In this document: positions 37,375 to 50,255 of the stretch, one piece after another
Layout of the letters: every line of letters begins with the position of its first letter
Numbering within the stretch: position 1 is the first letter of the stretch
NCBI RefSeq assembly: GCF_006345805.1
Contig: NW_021833890.1
Location: 1-52,918 of the forward strand
Reading direction: 5' to 3'
DNA length: 52,918 nucleotides
From: Octopus sinensis
Taxonomy: Eukaryota
Position numbers and translations under genes: made by a program
The notes under the pieces: generated by a model
What the model saw: only the letters and a program-made list of their open reading frames with translations
The model's database searches: none
Told to the model about the DNA's origin: nothing

Positions 37375-37850
37375 TACATACATACATACATACATACATG
37401 CATACATACACGCACACACACATACATACATATAGGCATACATACAAACTACTCTACATAAGAAGTAGACAACAGTGGTTGTCTACTCCTTGTGTAGAGT
37501 CTGACCACCTGTCTACTTACACCTTAGATCTACCATGGCGTCTGATGTGGCTTTTTACATCAGACAATGGTTTGAAAAGACACCCGCATAAATGGCATAT
37601 CTATCTTGGCCCACGAAGAGCTGTAGCCATGTTCTGTTCTTTTAGAATGTTTTTTGAGTTCTGTATGTATTGGATTTTCCGACCTTATAGCATATATGGC
37701 ATTGACAGGTATGCACAGATAGATAGGTGAAGTAGATGGTACGGGTTCGCTTTTCATAGGTCCGCAAATGAGACTTAAACCCAGCAAAAGGAAGGCATGG
37801 TCTGTCACAGATTCTGCACACGAAACGGTGGCTGGGATTCATTTTCTCGC
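37375..37850 (-). mobile_element. 3' end of a LINE (RTE-like) with three C2H2 zinc fingers and a (TATG)n tail
   Basis: CRIC-x12-HLRTY, CHIC-x12-HSKRTEH and CHLC-x12-HIRRH across two frameshifts; stop at about 37517; short UTR; tetranucleotide tail. Confidence 0.6.
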
Positions 37851-37869
37851 TGATATATATATATATATT

Positions 37870-38095
37870 ATTTTTTTTTGTACTTGTTTCAGTCATTTGA
37901 CTGCGGCCATGCTGGAGCACCGCCTTTAGAGTGGTGAAAGAGTACAGCAGGGATCACCACCTCCTGCCGGAGCCTCGTGGAGCTTTTAGGTGTTTTTTTC
38001 GCTCAATAAACACACACAACGCCCGGTCTGGGAATCGAAACCGCGATCCTCCGACCGCAAGTCCGCTGCCCTAACCACTAGGCCATTGCGCCTCC
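37870..38095 (-). mobile_element. Chimeric SINE: family D head and centre fused to the family A terminal tail
   Basis: Minus strand reads D head...CTGTACTCTTTCACCACT|CTAAAGGCGGTGCTCCAGCATGGCCGCAGTCAAATGACTGAAAC. Confidence 0.65.
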
Positions 38096-38157
38096 ACACA
38101 CACATATATATATATATATTTCTTTATATATATATATATATATATTTCTTTTATTTC

Positions 38158-38334
38158 TTTCATTTGTTTCAGTCATTTGACTGCGGCCATGCTGGAGCAC
38201 CGCCTTTAGTCGAGCAAATCGATCCCAGGACTTATTCTTTGTAAGCCTAGTACTTATTTTGCCGAACCGCTACGTTACGGGGACTGAACACACCAACATC
38301 GGTTGTCAAGGGATGGTGGGGGACAAACAAACAA

Positions 38335-38373
<39 letters not shown>

Positions 38374-38515
38374 CGACGGGCTTCTTTCAATTTCCGTGTA
38401 CCAAATCCACTCACAAGACTTTGGTCAGCCCGAGGCTACATCAGAGGACACTTGCCCGAGGTGTCACGCTGTGGGCCTGAACCCGGAGCTACTTACCACA
38501 CAGCCACTCCTGCGC
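38158..38515 (-). mobile_element. SINE family A, full length
   Basis: All segments present, with small deletions. Confidence 0.88.
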
Positions 38516-38583
38516 CTATACATGCATATATAAATACACACACACACACACACACACATACACACACACACACATATATATGT

Positions 38584-38969
38584 TGGAAGCACTCCGTCGG
38601 TTACGACGACGAGGGTTACGGTTGATCCGAATCAACGGAACAGCCTGCTCGTGAAATTAACGTGTAAGTGGCTGAGCACTCCACAGACACGTGTACCCTT
38701 AACATAGTTCTCGGGGATATTCAGCGTGACACAGAGAGTGACAAGGCCGGCCCTTTGAAATACAGGTACAACAGAAACAGGAAGTAAGAGTGAGAGAAAG
38801 TTGTGGTGAAAGAGTACAGCAGGGATCACCACCATCCCCTGCCGGAGCCTCGTGGAGCTTTTAGGTGTTTTCGCTCAATAAACACTCACAACGCCCGGTC
38901 TGGGAATCGAAACCGCGATCCTAGGACCGCGTGTCCGCTGCCCTAACCACTGGACCATTGCGCCTCCAC
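38584..38969 (-). mobile_element. SINE family D, young full-length copy
   Basis: 11-bp TSD CATATATATGT (38573-38583, 38970-38980). Confidence 0.93.
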
Positions 38970-39039
38970 CATATATATGTACAAGACAAACATATTCGAA
39001 ATCGGTTCTTTGAGGGTTTGCAACAACTTCGCTCTCCTT

Positions 39040-39145
39040 CCAACCGACCGACCGACCGACCGACCAACCAGCCAAGCAACCAACTAACCGACCGACCAAC
39101 CAACCAACCAACCATCCGTCCACCCAACCATCCAACCATCACTAC
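39040..39145. repeat. (ACCG/ACCA)n tetranucleotide repeat
   Basis: Directly visible. Confidence 0.85.
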
Positions 39146-39625
39146 CATCCAATGGGATTACACTTCAACTGTAATTTCTCGCTCCTGGTATTGTTAGTGT
39201 TCAGCTGAACGGCTCCATAACTGTTCGTGTCATTAGCTAGAACTGATCGGATATTGACACGTCACGCAAAGACTCACATTAGGCAAAGCGTGAAACAAGA
39301 CAACACCGTGTGTCGGGGGGTGGGGTGGGGGTGCTGGTCGCGCGCGCGCGCGCGCGCGTGTGTGTGTGTGTGGATGTATTTGCGTCTGTGTGTGTCCGTA
39401 TGTATGAGAGCATGCGTCATTGCATGTACATGCGCGCGCGCGTGCATCTACGTGTGTATATCTGAAAGTTTGAGCGTATGCGAGCGTCGCGGAGTGTCTG
39501 TATGTGTGTGCATGACTTCGTGTATTTGTGTGTGTGTGTGTGTGTGTGTGGGTATGGGTATATGTATGTGAATGCTTGTGCGTCTCTTTTATATGCATAT
39601 CTGTGCATATGTATGTATATGTGTT

Positions 39626-39677
<52 letters not shown>

Positions 39678-39716
39678 GTGTGTATGTGTTTATCGTGTTT
39701 GTGTTTGTGTATGTAT

Positions 39717-39755
<39 letters not shown>

Positions 39756-39882
39756 TTTTATATATAGATATATTATACATATATATATATATATGTATGT
39801 ATATGCATAAATATATATATACACACATATATATATATATATATTATTATATATATATATATTATAATACTATATATTATAT

Positions 39883-39916
<34 letters not shown>

Positions 39917-39925
39917 TACATATAT

Positions 39926-40040
39926 AGGCGCATGCGTCGTAGCGTAGTAAGAAGCCTGCTTTCCAAGCACATGCTTCTGGTTTCAATACCACTGCGTGCC
40001 ACTTGCGGGCCGAGTGTATTTGGTTGAGGGAAACTGAAAT
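39926..40040 (+). mobile_element. SINE family A, degenerate head
   Basis: GTAAGAAGCCTGCTTTCCAAGCACATG...CCACTGCGTGCCAC. Confidence 0.6.
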
Positions 40041-40197
40041 TAAATTATCTTAAAAAGTAATTTTTAATCGAAAACATTTCTAAACGATGAACTTTTATCT
40101 TACCTTATATATTATATATTTATAAGTTTCCTATATATATGTATATTTATATATTTCCTTATATTTTTATATATATGTATTATTCTAGATGTTATAA

Positions 40198-40571
40198 CGC
40201 AATGGCCCAGTGGTTAGGGCAGCGGACTCGCGGTCATAGGATCGCGGTTTCGATTCCCAGACCGGGCGTTGTGAGTGTTTATTGAGCGAAAACACCTAAA
40301 GCTCCACGAGGCTCCGGCAGGGGATGGTGGGATCCCTGCTGTACTCTTTCACCACAACTTTCTCTCACTCTTACTTCCTGTTTTCTGTTGTACCTGTGTT
40401 TCAAAGGCCGGCCTTGTCACTCTGTGTCCACGCTGAATATCCCCGAGAACTACGTTAAGGGTACACGTGTCTGTGGGTGCTCAGCCACTTACACGTTAAT
40501 TTCACGAGCAGGCAGTACCGTTGATTCGGATCAACCGAACCCTCGTCGTCGTAACCGACGGAGTGCTTCCA
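40198..40571 (+). mobile_element. SINE family D, young copy
   Basis: Near-identical to the reverse complement of 38584-38969; ATAACGC on both flanks. Confidence 0.93.
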
Positions 40572-40825
40572 ATAACGCTAAAATATATATTTTTTTAGTC
40601 GCTAAAGTATTAACTATTTATTGTTAATCGCGATAGACAGTACTCACACATTTTTCTTATATGCTTGTCTAAATGAAATATTGTTTCATCTTCTGTGATT
40701 TTATGCATCTGTATTCTATGTATAAGAAAAGGCATTATGTGATTAAATGTTCGAGATGTGATATGTTACGTGGATGACCTTAGATTTGTTTGTTCTGCAA
40801 CCATAGTTTACTATATATATACACT

Positions 40826-41215
40826 TTACTCTTTTACTTGTTTCAGTCATTTGACTGCGGCCATGCTGGAGCACCGCCTTTAGTCGAGCAAATCGACCCC
40901 AGGACTTATTCTTTGTAAGCCCAGTACTTATTCTATTGATCTCTTTTGCCGAACCGCTAAGTGACGGGGACGTAAACACACCAGCATCGGTTGTCAAGCA
41001 ATTCTAGGGGGACAAAACCAGACAGACACACACCACACAACACGCACAACACACACACAACAATATAATATATATATATATATAATACAACAGGCTTTTT
41101 TTTTGTTTCCGTCTACCAAATCCACTCACAAGGCATTGGTCGGCCCGGGGCTATAGCAGAAGACACTTGCCCAAGATGCCACGCAGTGGGACTGAACCCG
41201 CAACCATGTGGTTGA
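40826..41215 (-). mobile_element. SINE family A, near full length
   Basis: Tail TTTACTCTTTTACTTGTTTCAGTC through head GTGGGACTGAACCC. Confidence 0.88.
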
Positions 41216-41339
41216 TAACTTAGATAAACTTAGATGTGTTTCGACCAACGATTGGTCCAGGCCATGTCTAACTTAATAGCACAACAATATATATATATAT
41301 ATTAAGTGTGTCTTTGTGTTTGTGTTTGTCCCCTCCACC

Positions 41340-41590
41340 ATCGCTTGGCAACCGATGTTGGTGTGTTTACGAACTTAGCATTTCGGCAAAAGAGACCGAT
41401 AGAATAAGTACCGGGCTTACAAAGAATAAGCATTTCGCTCATCTTTATGTTCTGAGTTCAAATGACGACAAGATCGACTTTACCGTTCATGCTTTCGGGT
41501 GCCATAAAATAAATACGAGTTGAGTACTGGGGCTGAATGGAATTGACTGTCACCGGCCCTTAAAATTTCAGGCTGCGTGACTATAATTTA
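41340..41590 (+). mobile_element. Family A tail fragment joined to a family C fragment
   Basis: CGGCAAAAGAGACCGATAGAATAAGTAC, then GCATTTCG...TGAGTTCAAAT...GCCTTAAAATTTCAGG. Confidence 0.6.
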
Positions 41591-41714
41591 AAGGATGTAC
41601 AAATAATGTTTATTTCTACTCTACGCAAAAGCCTGGAAGTTTATTATAATATTTATTGGGGTGGGGTTAGTCGATTACATCGGCGTGCTAACGATTCAGT
41701 CAGCTCGACGCCTT

Positions 41715-41960
41715 TAATAATATAATATAATAATATATAATAATAATAATATAATAATAATAAATACTAATAATAATAATATGATAATATAATAATAATA
41801 ATAATGATAATGAATAATAATAATAATAATAATAATACTAATGATAATGATAATAATAATAATAAGATATAATAATAATAATAATAATATAATAATAATA
41901 ATAATTATAATAATAATAATAATAATAATGATGTAATAATAATAATGATTATAATTAACT
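41715..41960. repeat. Imperfect (AAT)n array
   Basis: Directly visible. Confidence 0.9.
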
Positions 41961-41974
41961 AATTTTTCAAATGT

Positions 41975-42095
41975 TTGTGAATGGCTGTGTGGTAAGTAGC
42001 TTGCTTAGCAACCACATGGTACCGAGTTCAGTCCCACTGTGTGGCACCTCGGGCAAGTGTTTTGTACTACAGCCTATGACTGACCCAAAACTATA
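41975..42095 (+). mobile_element. SINE family A, head+partial body
   Basis: TGGCTGTGTGGTAAGTAGCTTGCTTAGCAACCACATGG...GGCACCTCGGGCAAG. Confidence 0.8.
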
Positions 42096-42134
42096 TTTTG
42101 TGAGATTTTACAAAAAAAATCAAAAAGACGAAGA

Positions 42135-42292
42135 CGGGTGTGTAAGCAACAAACAGAAGTATTAGTTTAACGCTCGAGAAGTGAGAAAGTCTTTTACGTT
42201 TCGAGCCTACGCTCTTCAGCAGAAAGGAACACAGAAATAAACAGGGAGAAAAAATAAAAAATGTTTAGTGGCTAGCGATCTATCATGACAAA
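42135..42292 (-). mobile_element. Penelope-like terminal-repeat fragment
   Basis: Homologous to 13370-13520; carries a hammerhead-like motif. Confidence 0.55.
42191..42226 (-). ncRNA. Minimal hammerhead-like motif with variant core
   Basis: CTTT | CTGCTGA | A GAGC gtag GCTC | GAAA | CG TA | AAAG; helices I and II intact, core A6 replaced by C. Confidence 0.5.
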
Positions 42293-42293
42293 T

Positions 42294-42345
<52 letters not shown>

Positions 42346-43337
42346 GGGGGGAGATAGATTTATTGATAGCTGATAGGTAGATTGATGGATATGTATTCAT
42401 ATATGGTAATTACAATCCACATTTCATTAAGTAATTATGTGTTGGTATTTATTAAAATCATCAAATCCATTTTCTCACCTTTTACACGGCTTCGATTTAC
42501 ATAGTGATCTGTAGAACTAATTTACCGTGTAAACCGTACATAAGTGTATATACCTATTTATATGTATACACATGTACATATATATATCATTATATATAAA
42601 ATTATATAATCAAATTATGTGTATTTTATTAATGTATGTATGGTGTATGATTTATACATATGATCGTAGATAAGGAAAATATTTATGTACATCCATATAA
42701 ATAATACATACGTGTTTATGTGCTCACGCTGTGTGAGTGCTCATTTATATATACACTATGTATTATACATATATACATATATACAATATACATACGCAAC
42801 CACACATGAACTCAAAATATATATGTTTATATAATTATTTATATATATATATATATATAATATATATATATGTACGTAAAGATAGACGCACATATATTCA
42901 CGTATATGTATATGTACAAAAACATGTTGGTATATATGTAGTTATATATAAATGTGTATGTGTGTACGTGTGTGTGTGAGCATATATATATATGTTCTCG
43001 TGGAAAACAGCAATGAAAATTCGTATGTTTAAGAACACAGATGAATTCACAAAATGATTTGAATTGCTGTTGCATAACCGCACGCTTGGAAAAGAAAGTG
43101 TGAATTAAAAATGGCGAATGTTCATTCTTTCATACGCCTGTTAATTTTTCCTTAGTTATTACAGCATTATTGGACAACATAAAAAAAAACAAAGCAAAAT
43201 AAAACAACAAACAAACGTTAAGCTTGGTTAGCTCCTTTGCTTTTCGTTTCACTTCTTATTCACCAATACTGGGCTTGTTTATGCTTTCTGCAGCGGCACC
43301 AGAAGCAGCAACAGCGGTAGTCGTACCGTAGTCGTAC

Positions 43338-43339
<2 letters not shown>

Positions 43340-43389
<50 letters not shown>

Positions 43390-43553
43390 AATATAGGGGG
43401 AGTCCCTTTCTCTTTGTGTTTTTTTTGAGTTCTAGCGTTGGTAAAAGTAGGATAAAATTTTCATTTTCTTTTTTCCGATATTTTAACATTCACTTTCATA
43501 AATATCGTTTTTATTTTTATTGTAGCCATTGCTACTGCCCTTCATTACTGTTA

Positions 43554-43590
<37 letters not shown>

Positions 43591-43662
43591 TATTATTATA
43601 TATTATTATTATTATTATTATTATTATTCATTATTATATTATTATATATTATTATTATATTA

Positions 43663-43697
<35 letters not shown>

Positions 43698-43735
43698 TTA
43701 TTATCATTATTATATTATTATTATTTATTTATTAG

Positions 43736-43775
<40 letters not shown>

Positions 43776-43845
43776 TTATTCTTCTTATTGTTATTATGGT
43801 TATTATTATTATTATTGTTATTATTATTATTATTGGCTATATATG
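43340..43845. repeat. (GTA)n and long imperfect (ATT)n arrays
   Basis: Directly visible. Confidence 0.9.
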
Positions 43846-43939
43846 TTTTACTTTCCTTGTAGATAGTTGGCCGTTATTCGGGAGTGGCCGTGTTCCCGCT
43901 AATATACCAGCAACAAAATCACTGAATACACAAATCAAT

Positions 43940-44152
43940 GTTAATAGACTTTAACAAAAGAAGCAACAACATACACACACACACATACACAAACACAAAA
44001 ACCCATACACACACGGATACACACGTCTTTGTGCATGTATATATTTATTTATATATACACATCAATATATACATATATATATGTCTACATGTGTACTTGC
44101 ATGTGACTATGTATATATAATATATAATATATATATATAGAAACATGCATAT

Positions 44153-44192
<40 letters not shown>

Positions 44193-44466
44193 TATATATA
44201 TATATATATATGTTATATATACCTATGTAAATTTACACTTTTATTGACAATTCTCTTCCCATGTTCGTAAGCACGGTGTTTTCACTCACACGTATATATG
44301 TGTGTATGTGTGTGCATATGTATGTATGCATGCATATATAATTATACACATACATATGTACATACATACATGCATGTATGTATATATATATATGTATATA
44401 TATGTATATGCATATATATGTATATAAATATATATATATATATATATTTATATATGCGTACGTGTG

Positions 44467-44513
<47 letters not shown>

Positions 44514-44873
44514 GATCTTTACAGATTGGAACGCAGTATGGGCGAAAATATTAGCCATCAATCAGTCAATCTATCAATCAATCAATCACTCAAACAACAA
44601 CCAAACAATAGAACAAAACAACTATAAAATAAAGTTTGTAAAAGATAAAGAAGCAACTGAATACTTAAGCGAAAACACAAAGCGAACTACAGCAACACAA
44701 ACAACAACAACAACAACAATAATAATTGCAATATAACTAACATTAAGTATCACAAATTTAATGAACAAAAATCCCCTCATGGCATATATATATACATATA
44801 TATATGTATATATATGTGTGTGTATGTGTATGTATATATATATATATATATAATATATTAAATTAGAGACAAA

Positions 44874-44904
<31 letters not shown>

Positions 44905-45367
44905 CATGATATATATATATACATATTATATATATATCTTATATTATTGGTGTGTGTATGTCTGATTGTCTTTGTGTGGGTATGTATATGTATGTGCACA
45001 TACATATATATATATATGTTATATGTATTGATATATATAAATGTATGCGTGTATTTATGTATGTACACACTCGCACACACTCACACATCAACACTCTGAA
45101 CCAGAACACGGGAAGGAATAACAAAGAAAGCAGGACAATAATCAACAAGAACATCGCGATCATCATCAACAACAACCACAAGAACAACAACAACAGCAGC
45201 AGCAGCAACAACAATTTAGGACCAACTATATTAACAGCTATACCAAGAGCCAATAAGAAAAAGAGCAGCAGCAAAAATTCTATACCGGAAACCAATGAAA
45301 ATCTCTAATTAAAGTAATATACATCGCTTGCATAAAGTGTACGTATGTATGTATGTATAATATATTA

Positions 45368-45405
<38 letters not shown>

Positions 45406-45775
45406 CACACACACATACACACACACCACACATATATAATATATATACATATATATATATAGATATATAAATATATCAGACCACATATATATATATATAT
45501 ACATGATATATATATGCATATATATATACATAAATATAGATATATATATAAAATATTTAATATATGTAATAAATATATATATATATATCTGTGTATGTGT
45601 GTGTATAATGTTGCATATTTAATTTTTACAGTTCCACTACAAGTTCTTACCGGAGGCTAATAATGTGTGTGTGTATCTGTATGTATATGTAATATATGTA
45701 TATATTACATACATACATACACACATACTACACACACACACACACACACACAACACCACACACACACACACATAT

Positions 45776-45829
<54 letters not shown>

Positions 45830-46130
45830 GTGTGTGTTTGTATTTGCTTTCTGTTCTTTCTTTTTCTATGAATACACACATATGTACATGCATATATACG
45901 CATATTCACAATATGTAGGAAAAAAGAGCAATTACACACGCAAACACATCCATGCTGGTACATGCTTTCTTATACACGCACAAACACATATTTGAAATTG
46001 CTCACACACACACACATGTATATGCCTGTAAGTATCTATATATGCTCCTATATCTCTGTTCATGCGTGTGTGTGTGTGTATGTGTGTGTGTGTGTGTGTG
46101 TGCGCATGTGCATGAGCATGCGCGCTGGCG
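43940..46130. repeat. Extended TA/CA/TG compound microsatellite domain
   Basis: Directly visible; includes a CAA/CAG low-complexity patch at 45140-45215. Confidence 0.85.
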
Positions 46131-46899
46131 TTTGTACGAGTGTGTCGGTGGTTGTAATATTTGTACAATTATGTACTGATCTGGAAGAATTACTCCACCA
46201 ATTCTCCCCCCTTCTTTTTTTCCCTCCTTACTTTTCCCTCTCCTCACCCCACTGTCTCTCTCTCTCTCTCCCTACCTCAAACACAAACCTCTCTCCCTCT
46301 CTTTCTGCAATACCACTCTCCCTATTCCTCCGCCTTCTCCCTACTTCACAATACTCCTCACGTTCAAATTTATGTGTTTATTTATTAGTCGACGGCTCTG
46401 ATCCCCTTTCTCTCCCCCGTCTCTTTCTCTCCCTGTTTTATATTTATTTGATGTATATATTTGTCCCTTTGTTATTCGAATTTATTTACTTATTTATTTA
46501 ATCATTTATTTATTTATTTATTAGTCGCCTTCCTCTCCCCCGTCTCTTCCTCTCCTCAGTTTATTTTTGTCTGCTTCGTATATTTATCTCTTTGTTTGAT
46601 AATTCGTTTTAATGTTGTAATCGGAGTCGACCTTATACATTGTTGAGCGATAATTTCAATATGTTTAGCGAGTAAATACATTGTTCATTTAGTGGAAGAT
46701 TGGTTTCTGGGAGTTGAGCCATTCCGGCTCCTCAGCCCACGACGGAGTCCACACAACAACCTACCCTTAGCCACCAACAAACAACCCAGCACCCTTGAAT
46801 CACTAATCCCCCGACCCACAGCTCGTCGCTGTCGATGACGTCCCGATTTACAATTCAACACCCGACCTGACCACCACCCTCGTCACCCCATACCTATGA

Positions 46900-46959
46900 C
46901 GACGACGAAGAACACCACCACCACCACCACCATTAAAACTGTCATTACTACCACTACTA

Positions 46960-47018
<59 letters not shown>

Positions 47019-47055
47019 ACTACTGCTGCAGCTGCTGCTGCTGCTGCTGCTGCTG

Positions 47056-47091
<36 letters not shown>

Positions 47092-47100
47092 ATGTTGCTG
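46900..47100. repeat. (ACC)n/(ACT)n/(GCT)n compound trinucleotide array
   Basis: Directly visible. Confidence 0.9.
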
Positions 47101-47169
47101 CTATTGCTAACAGAAAAATATTTGTTTCCAATGAAGGTATTTCGAGAGCAACGGATCAGTCGATGCCAT

Positions 47170-47292
47170 GGCCCCCACCCCCAAACGCAAGGCGAAGTCA
47201 ACCACAGTGAAATTTGAACTTAGAACGTAAAGAGTTGGATGAATGGGTGCCAAGTATTTTGGCCAAGGCGCTAACGAATCTGTCAGCACAAT
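47170..47292 (-). mobile_element. SINE family C, partial
   Basis: GAAATTTGAACTTAGAACGTAAAGA...GCTAACGAATCTGTCAGC. Confidence 0.6.
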
Positions 47293-47310
47293 ATAATATT
47301 AATGATGAGG

Positions 47311-47381
<71 letters not shown>

Positions 47382-47382
<1 letters not shown>

Positions 47383-47936
47383 GCCCTGATGCAGTACCAG
47401 GCAGTGGCTCTCATGGCTTCTCATCTTAACTGATTGGAAGTGTTATCATGTACGTTGTTTTGTCTTGGTATAAAAGATGGGCTACAGCAAATATTATGCT
47501 CAGTACCACAGATTTGCTTGTCAGTTGTTTGACCTTAACCAGTTGAACATGTCCCTTAGTGGCTGACGATATGTGCATCTCTGATCATGAGCAGAAGTAG
47601 TGGGGGAGCATCATAGCCATGTGTTGAGAGGGATTCTTTGGGGTTTGAATAGTACACCTCTGGAAACATGGGTGGTTCTTTCAACATCCTTAAACAACCC
47701 TTATTCAGGGACCGTTTGAGCGGGATGGGCTACTCAACCTGAAGAAAATTCAAACTGGGCCCCACCTGCAAGGTCATGTGCTGTTTATCTTGATATGAGA
47801 TCACCATGTCGCGCACATATGGTTGTGATGCATGTGCCTGGTGTACCCTTATCAGACGGGTAGTCATGATGGGTATACTGGGCTTCGTATATTTTACCCC
47901 AATGTCACTTTGATGGCATGAACTGCTCTCCCACTC
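47382..47936 (+). mobile_element. Element G copy 4
   Basis: Same ends as the other copies; (TAA)n on both sides; no adjacent LINE. Confidence 0.85.
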
Positions 47937-47998
<62 letters not shown>

Positions 47999-48208
47999 TG
48001 ATGATGATGAGGAGGAGGAGGATGATGATTTTTCTTATCAAATAGTATGCAAATAGATACATAAATATATACAGAGAGAGAGAGAGAGAAAACGAAAAAG
48101 GGAAAGAGAAAGACAGAAAGAGAGAGTAACAGAGATGGGGAGAGAGTATTCATTACTAAATTCTGAGGTGTGTATATTACATATGACAGGCCTTAGACTA
48201 CACACACG

Positions 48209-48271
<63 letters not shown>

Positions 48272-48442
48272 GCTGGCACGCACCCATAGAAATGTATTAC
48301 GGAGAAGGTATCACTGCGGTTCCCCTGCATCACCCACGTTATACCCTACCGTATGTATTTATATTTGGTATTCACAAACTTACCCTAATTTTACAAATGT
48401 CAGCTCGTGGTAAACGCACGCACACACACACACACACACAGA

Positions 48443-48635
48443 GGCGAAACGCTTAGCGGTATTTCGTCTGTTTACTTTCTGAGTTCAAATTCCGCCGAGG
48501 TCGACTTTGCCTTTCATCCGTTCGGGGTCGATTAAATAAGTACCAGTTACGCACTGGGGTCGAGGTAATCGACTTGAATCCCTTTGTATGTCCTTGCTTG
48601 TCCTCTCTGTGTTTAGCCCCTGTAGGCCATAAATA
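48443..48635 (+). mobile_element. SINE family C monomer, 5'-truncated
   Basis: GCTTAGCGGTATTTCGTC...CCTCTCTGTGTTTAGCCCC. Confidence 0.85.
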
Positions 48636-48760
48636 AATATATATATATGTTTGTATGTATGTGTGTGTGTGTATACATACACACACATATGTATGTATAT
48701 GTGTATATATGTGTTTGTATGGGAATAAATGTGTGTGTATATATATATATGTGTGTGTGG

Positions 48761-49027
48761 GGGGGCGCAATGGCCCAGTGGCTAGGGCAGCGGACTCACG
48801 GTCAGTGGATCGCGGTTTCGATTCTCAGACCGGGCGTTTTGTGTGTTTATTGAGTGAAAACACCTAAAGCTCCACGATGCTCCGGCAGGGGATGGTGGCG
48901 ACCCCTGCTGTACTCTTTCGCCGCAACTTTCTCTCACTCTTTCTTCTGTTGGCCTGCTCACTTAGCTAGCGGGGTGGCGTCATTGTGACCAGCGATGTGT
49001 AGCAACATCTGATAGCCTGGTCGGTCA

Positions 49028-49029
<2 letters not shown>
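48761..49029 (+). mobile_element. SINE family D variant with alternative tail 3
   Basis: D head and centre to ...CTCACTCTTTCTTC, then an unrelated tail CTGTTGGCCTGCTCACTTAGC...GGTCGGTCAC. Confidence 0.75.
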
Positions 49030-49064
<35 letters not shown>

Positions 49065-49544
49065 GTATGTATACATATATATTTGACGGGCTTCCACACA
49101 GTTTCTGTCAAATTACGTGACTACGTATTGATCTTCTCGAGCTGCAAGAGAATTACCTGGTTACAAAATGAGCCTCTGAACCACACAGTCGAATACAAAA
49201 CGCCACAGGGGGTTATTTTCTCCCATAGCCATTTTGCTGAATTATATAATCGACTAAGTGGACCCCTAATACCTTTCTGTTTCCCTTTAATAATTTATTC
49301 ACCCTACTCTCAGACTTGTAAAACTGATGTAGCTAAAGTATAAGTTCGCAGGAAAATGTCTTGATTTTGCCACAGAAGAAAAGGACTCCAATGACGACAG
49401 ATTAAATAGATTCAAACACAACTTAGGTGTTATGATTGCTTTCTTCTATAAACCCCAGATCAGTTCTAAGTGTACAATTTTTGTAATAGAAAAGGATCTA
49501 GCAGTACCAAAACCGTCCTTTTATTTTTTATTCGAGCACAATTC

Positions 49545-49770
49545 AGGCGCATAGCCTTGTTGTCGGGCTGCGTTCCCGATCGTAAGATCGTGTTTTCGAT
49601 TCCTGGAGTGTTGTGTCTCTTGAATAAAACACTTCATTTCCTATTGCTCCTCTCAGCTTAGTTATGAATGTGTTCCAGCAATAGCTGGGAAGATGACCCT
49701 GCGACAGACGGATCTGTGTCCTGTCGAGTTCAGCTCCGGTGTTATCAGTCCTCGGGCTAATGAAAGACCT
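49545..49770 (+). mobile_element. Degenerate SINE, family E-like core with a tail-2-like end
   Basis: TTTCGATTCC B-box-like motif; TTGAATAAAACACTTCATTTC core; ACCCTGCGACAGAC...GTCCTGTC resembles tail 2. Confidence 0.5.
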
Positions 49771-49819
49771 AAATCCTTACTCTAAAATACAGTCAACTCA
49801 AAGCCATACAAAGGTTTAT

Positions 49820-50255
49820 TGGAGGAAGACTTTGCTGCTGTTTCTAGCAGGTCGGATGCGGCACCGTATACGCGAACCGATAAGCGATCCACTAAATGGT
49901 AACCTGATCTGCTAGAAATAACAGCGAAATAATCCTCACACCATTCCTTACTGTGATAGAAAACTACACATTGGATGATGTTCCAAAGGGAGGATAGTCA
50001 TGGTTAGAACACACTTGACCATAGGTCACCGGAATTGCAACATAACAACAGTAACAAACACTGTAGATGGAAAAAGACGGGATGGTCATGGTTGGAACGC
50101 CTTTGATCCTGGATATTCTCAATCAAAACTGATCGACAATAACAACAACATAACAGCGTGCATGAAAAAAGATGGAACGGTCATTGCTGGAATGCCTTTG
50201 ATCACAGCTCTTCCCATTCAGAGCTCATCGGGGGCTAAACCACAACTTTAGCATC
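49820..50255 (+). mobile_element. Repeat family H with triplicated tail unit
   Basis: Inverted repeat 49829-49856 / 49902-49929, then three degenerate GGTCATGG..GGAA.GCC.TTGA.C units, each ending in an AAC-rich tract. Confidence 0.55.

Noticed and set aside
45080-45308. Gln- or Asn-rich patch resembling a low-complexity exon
   Set aside because: The polyQ frame is bracketed by stops within about 45 codons, has no splice support, and lies within a microsatellite domain.
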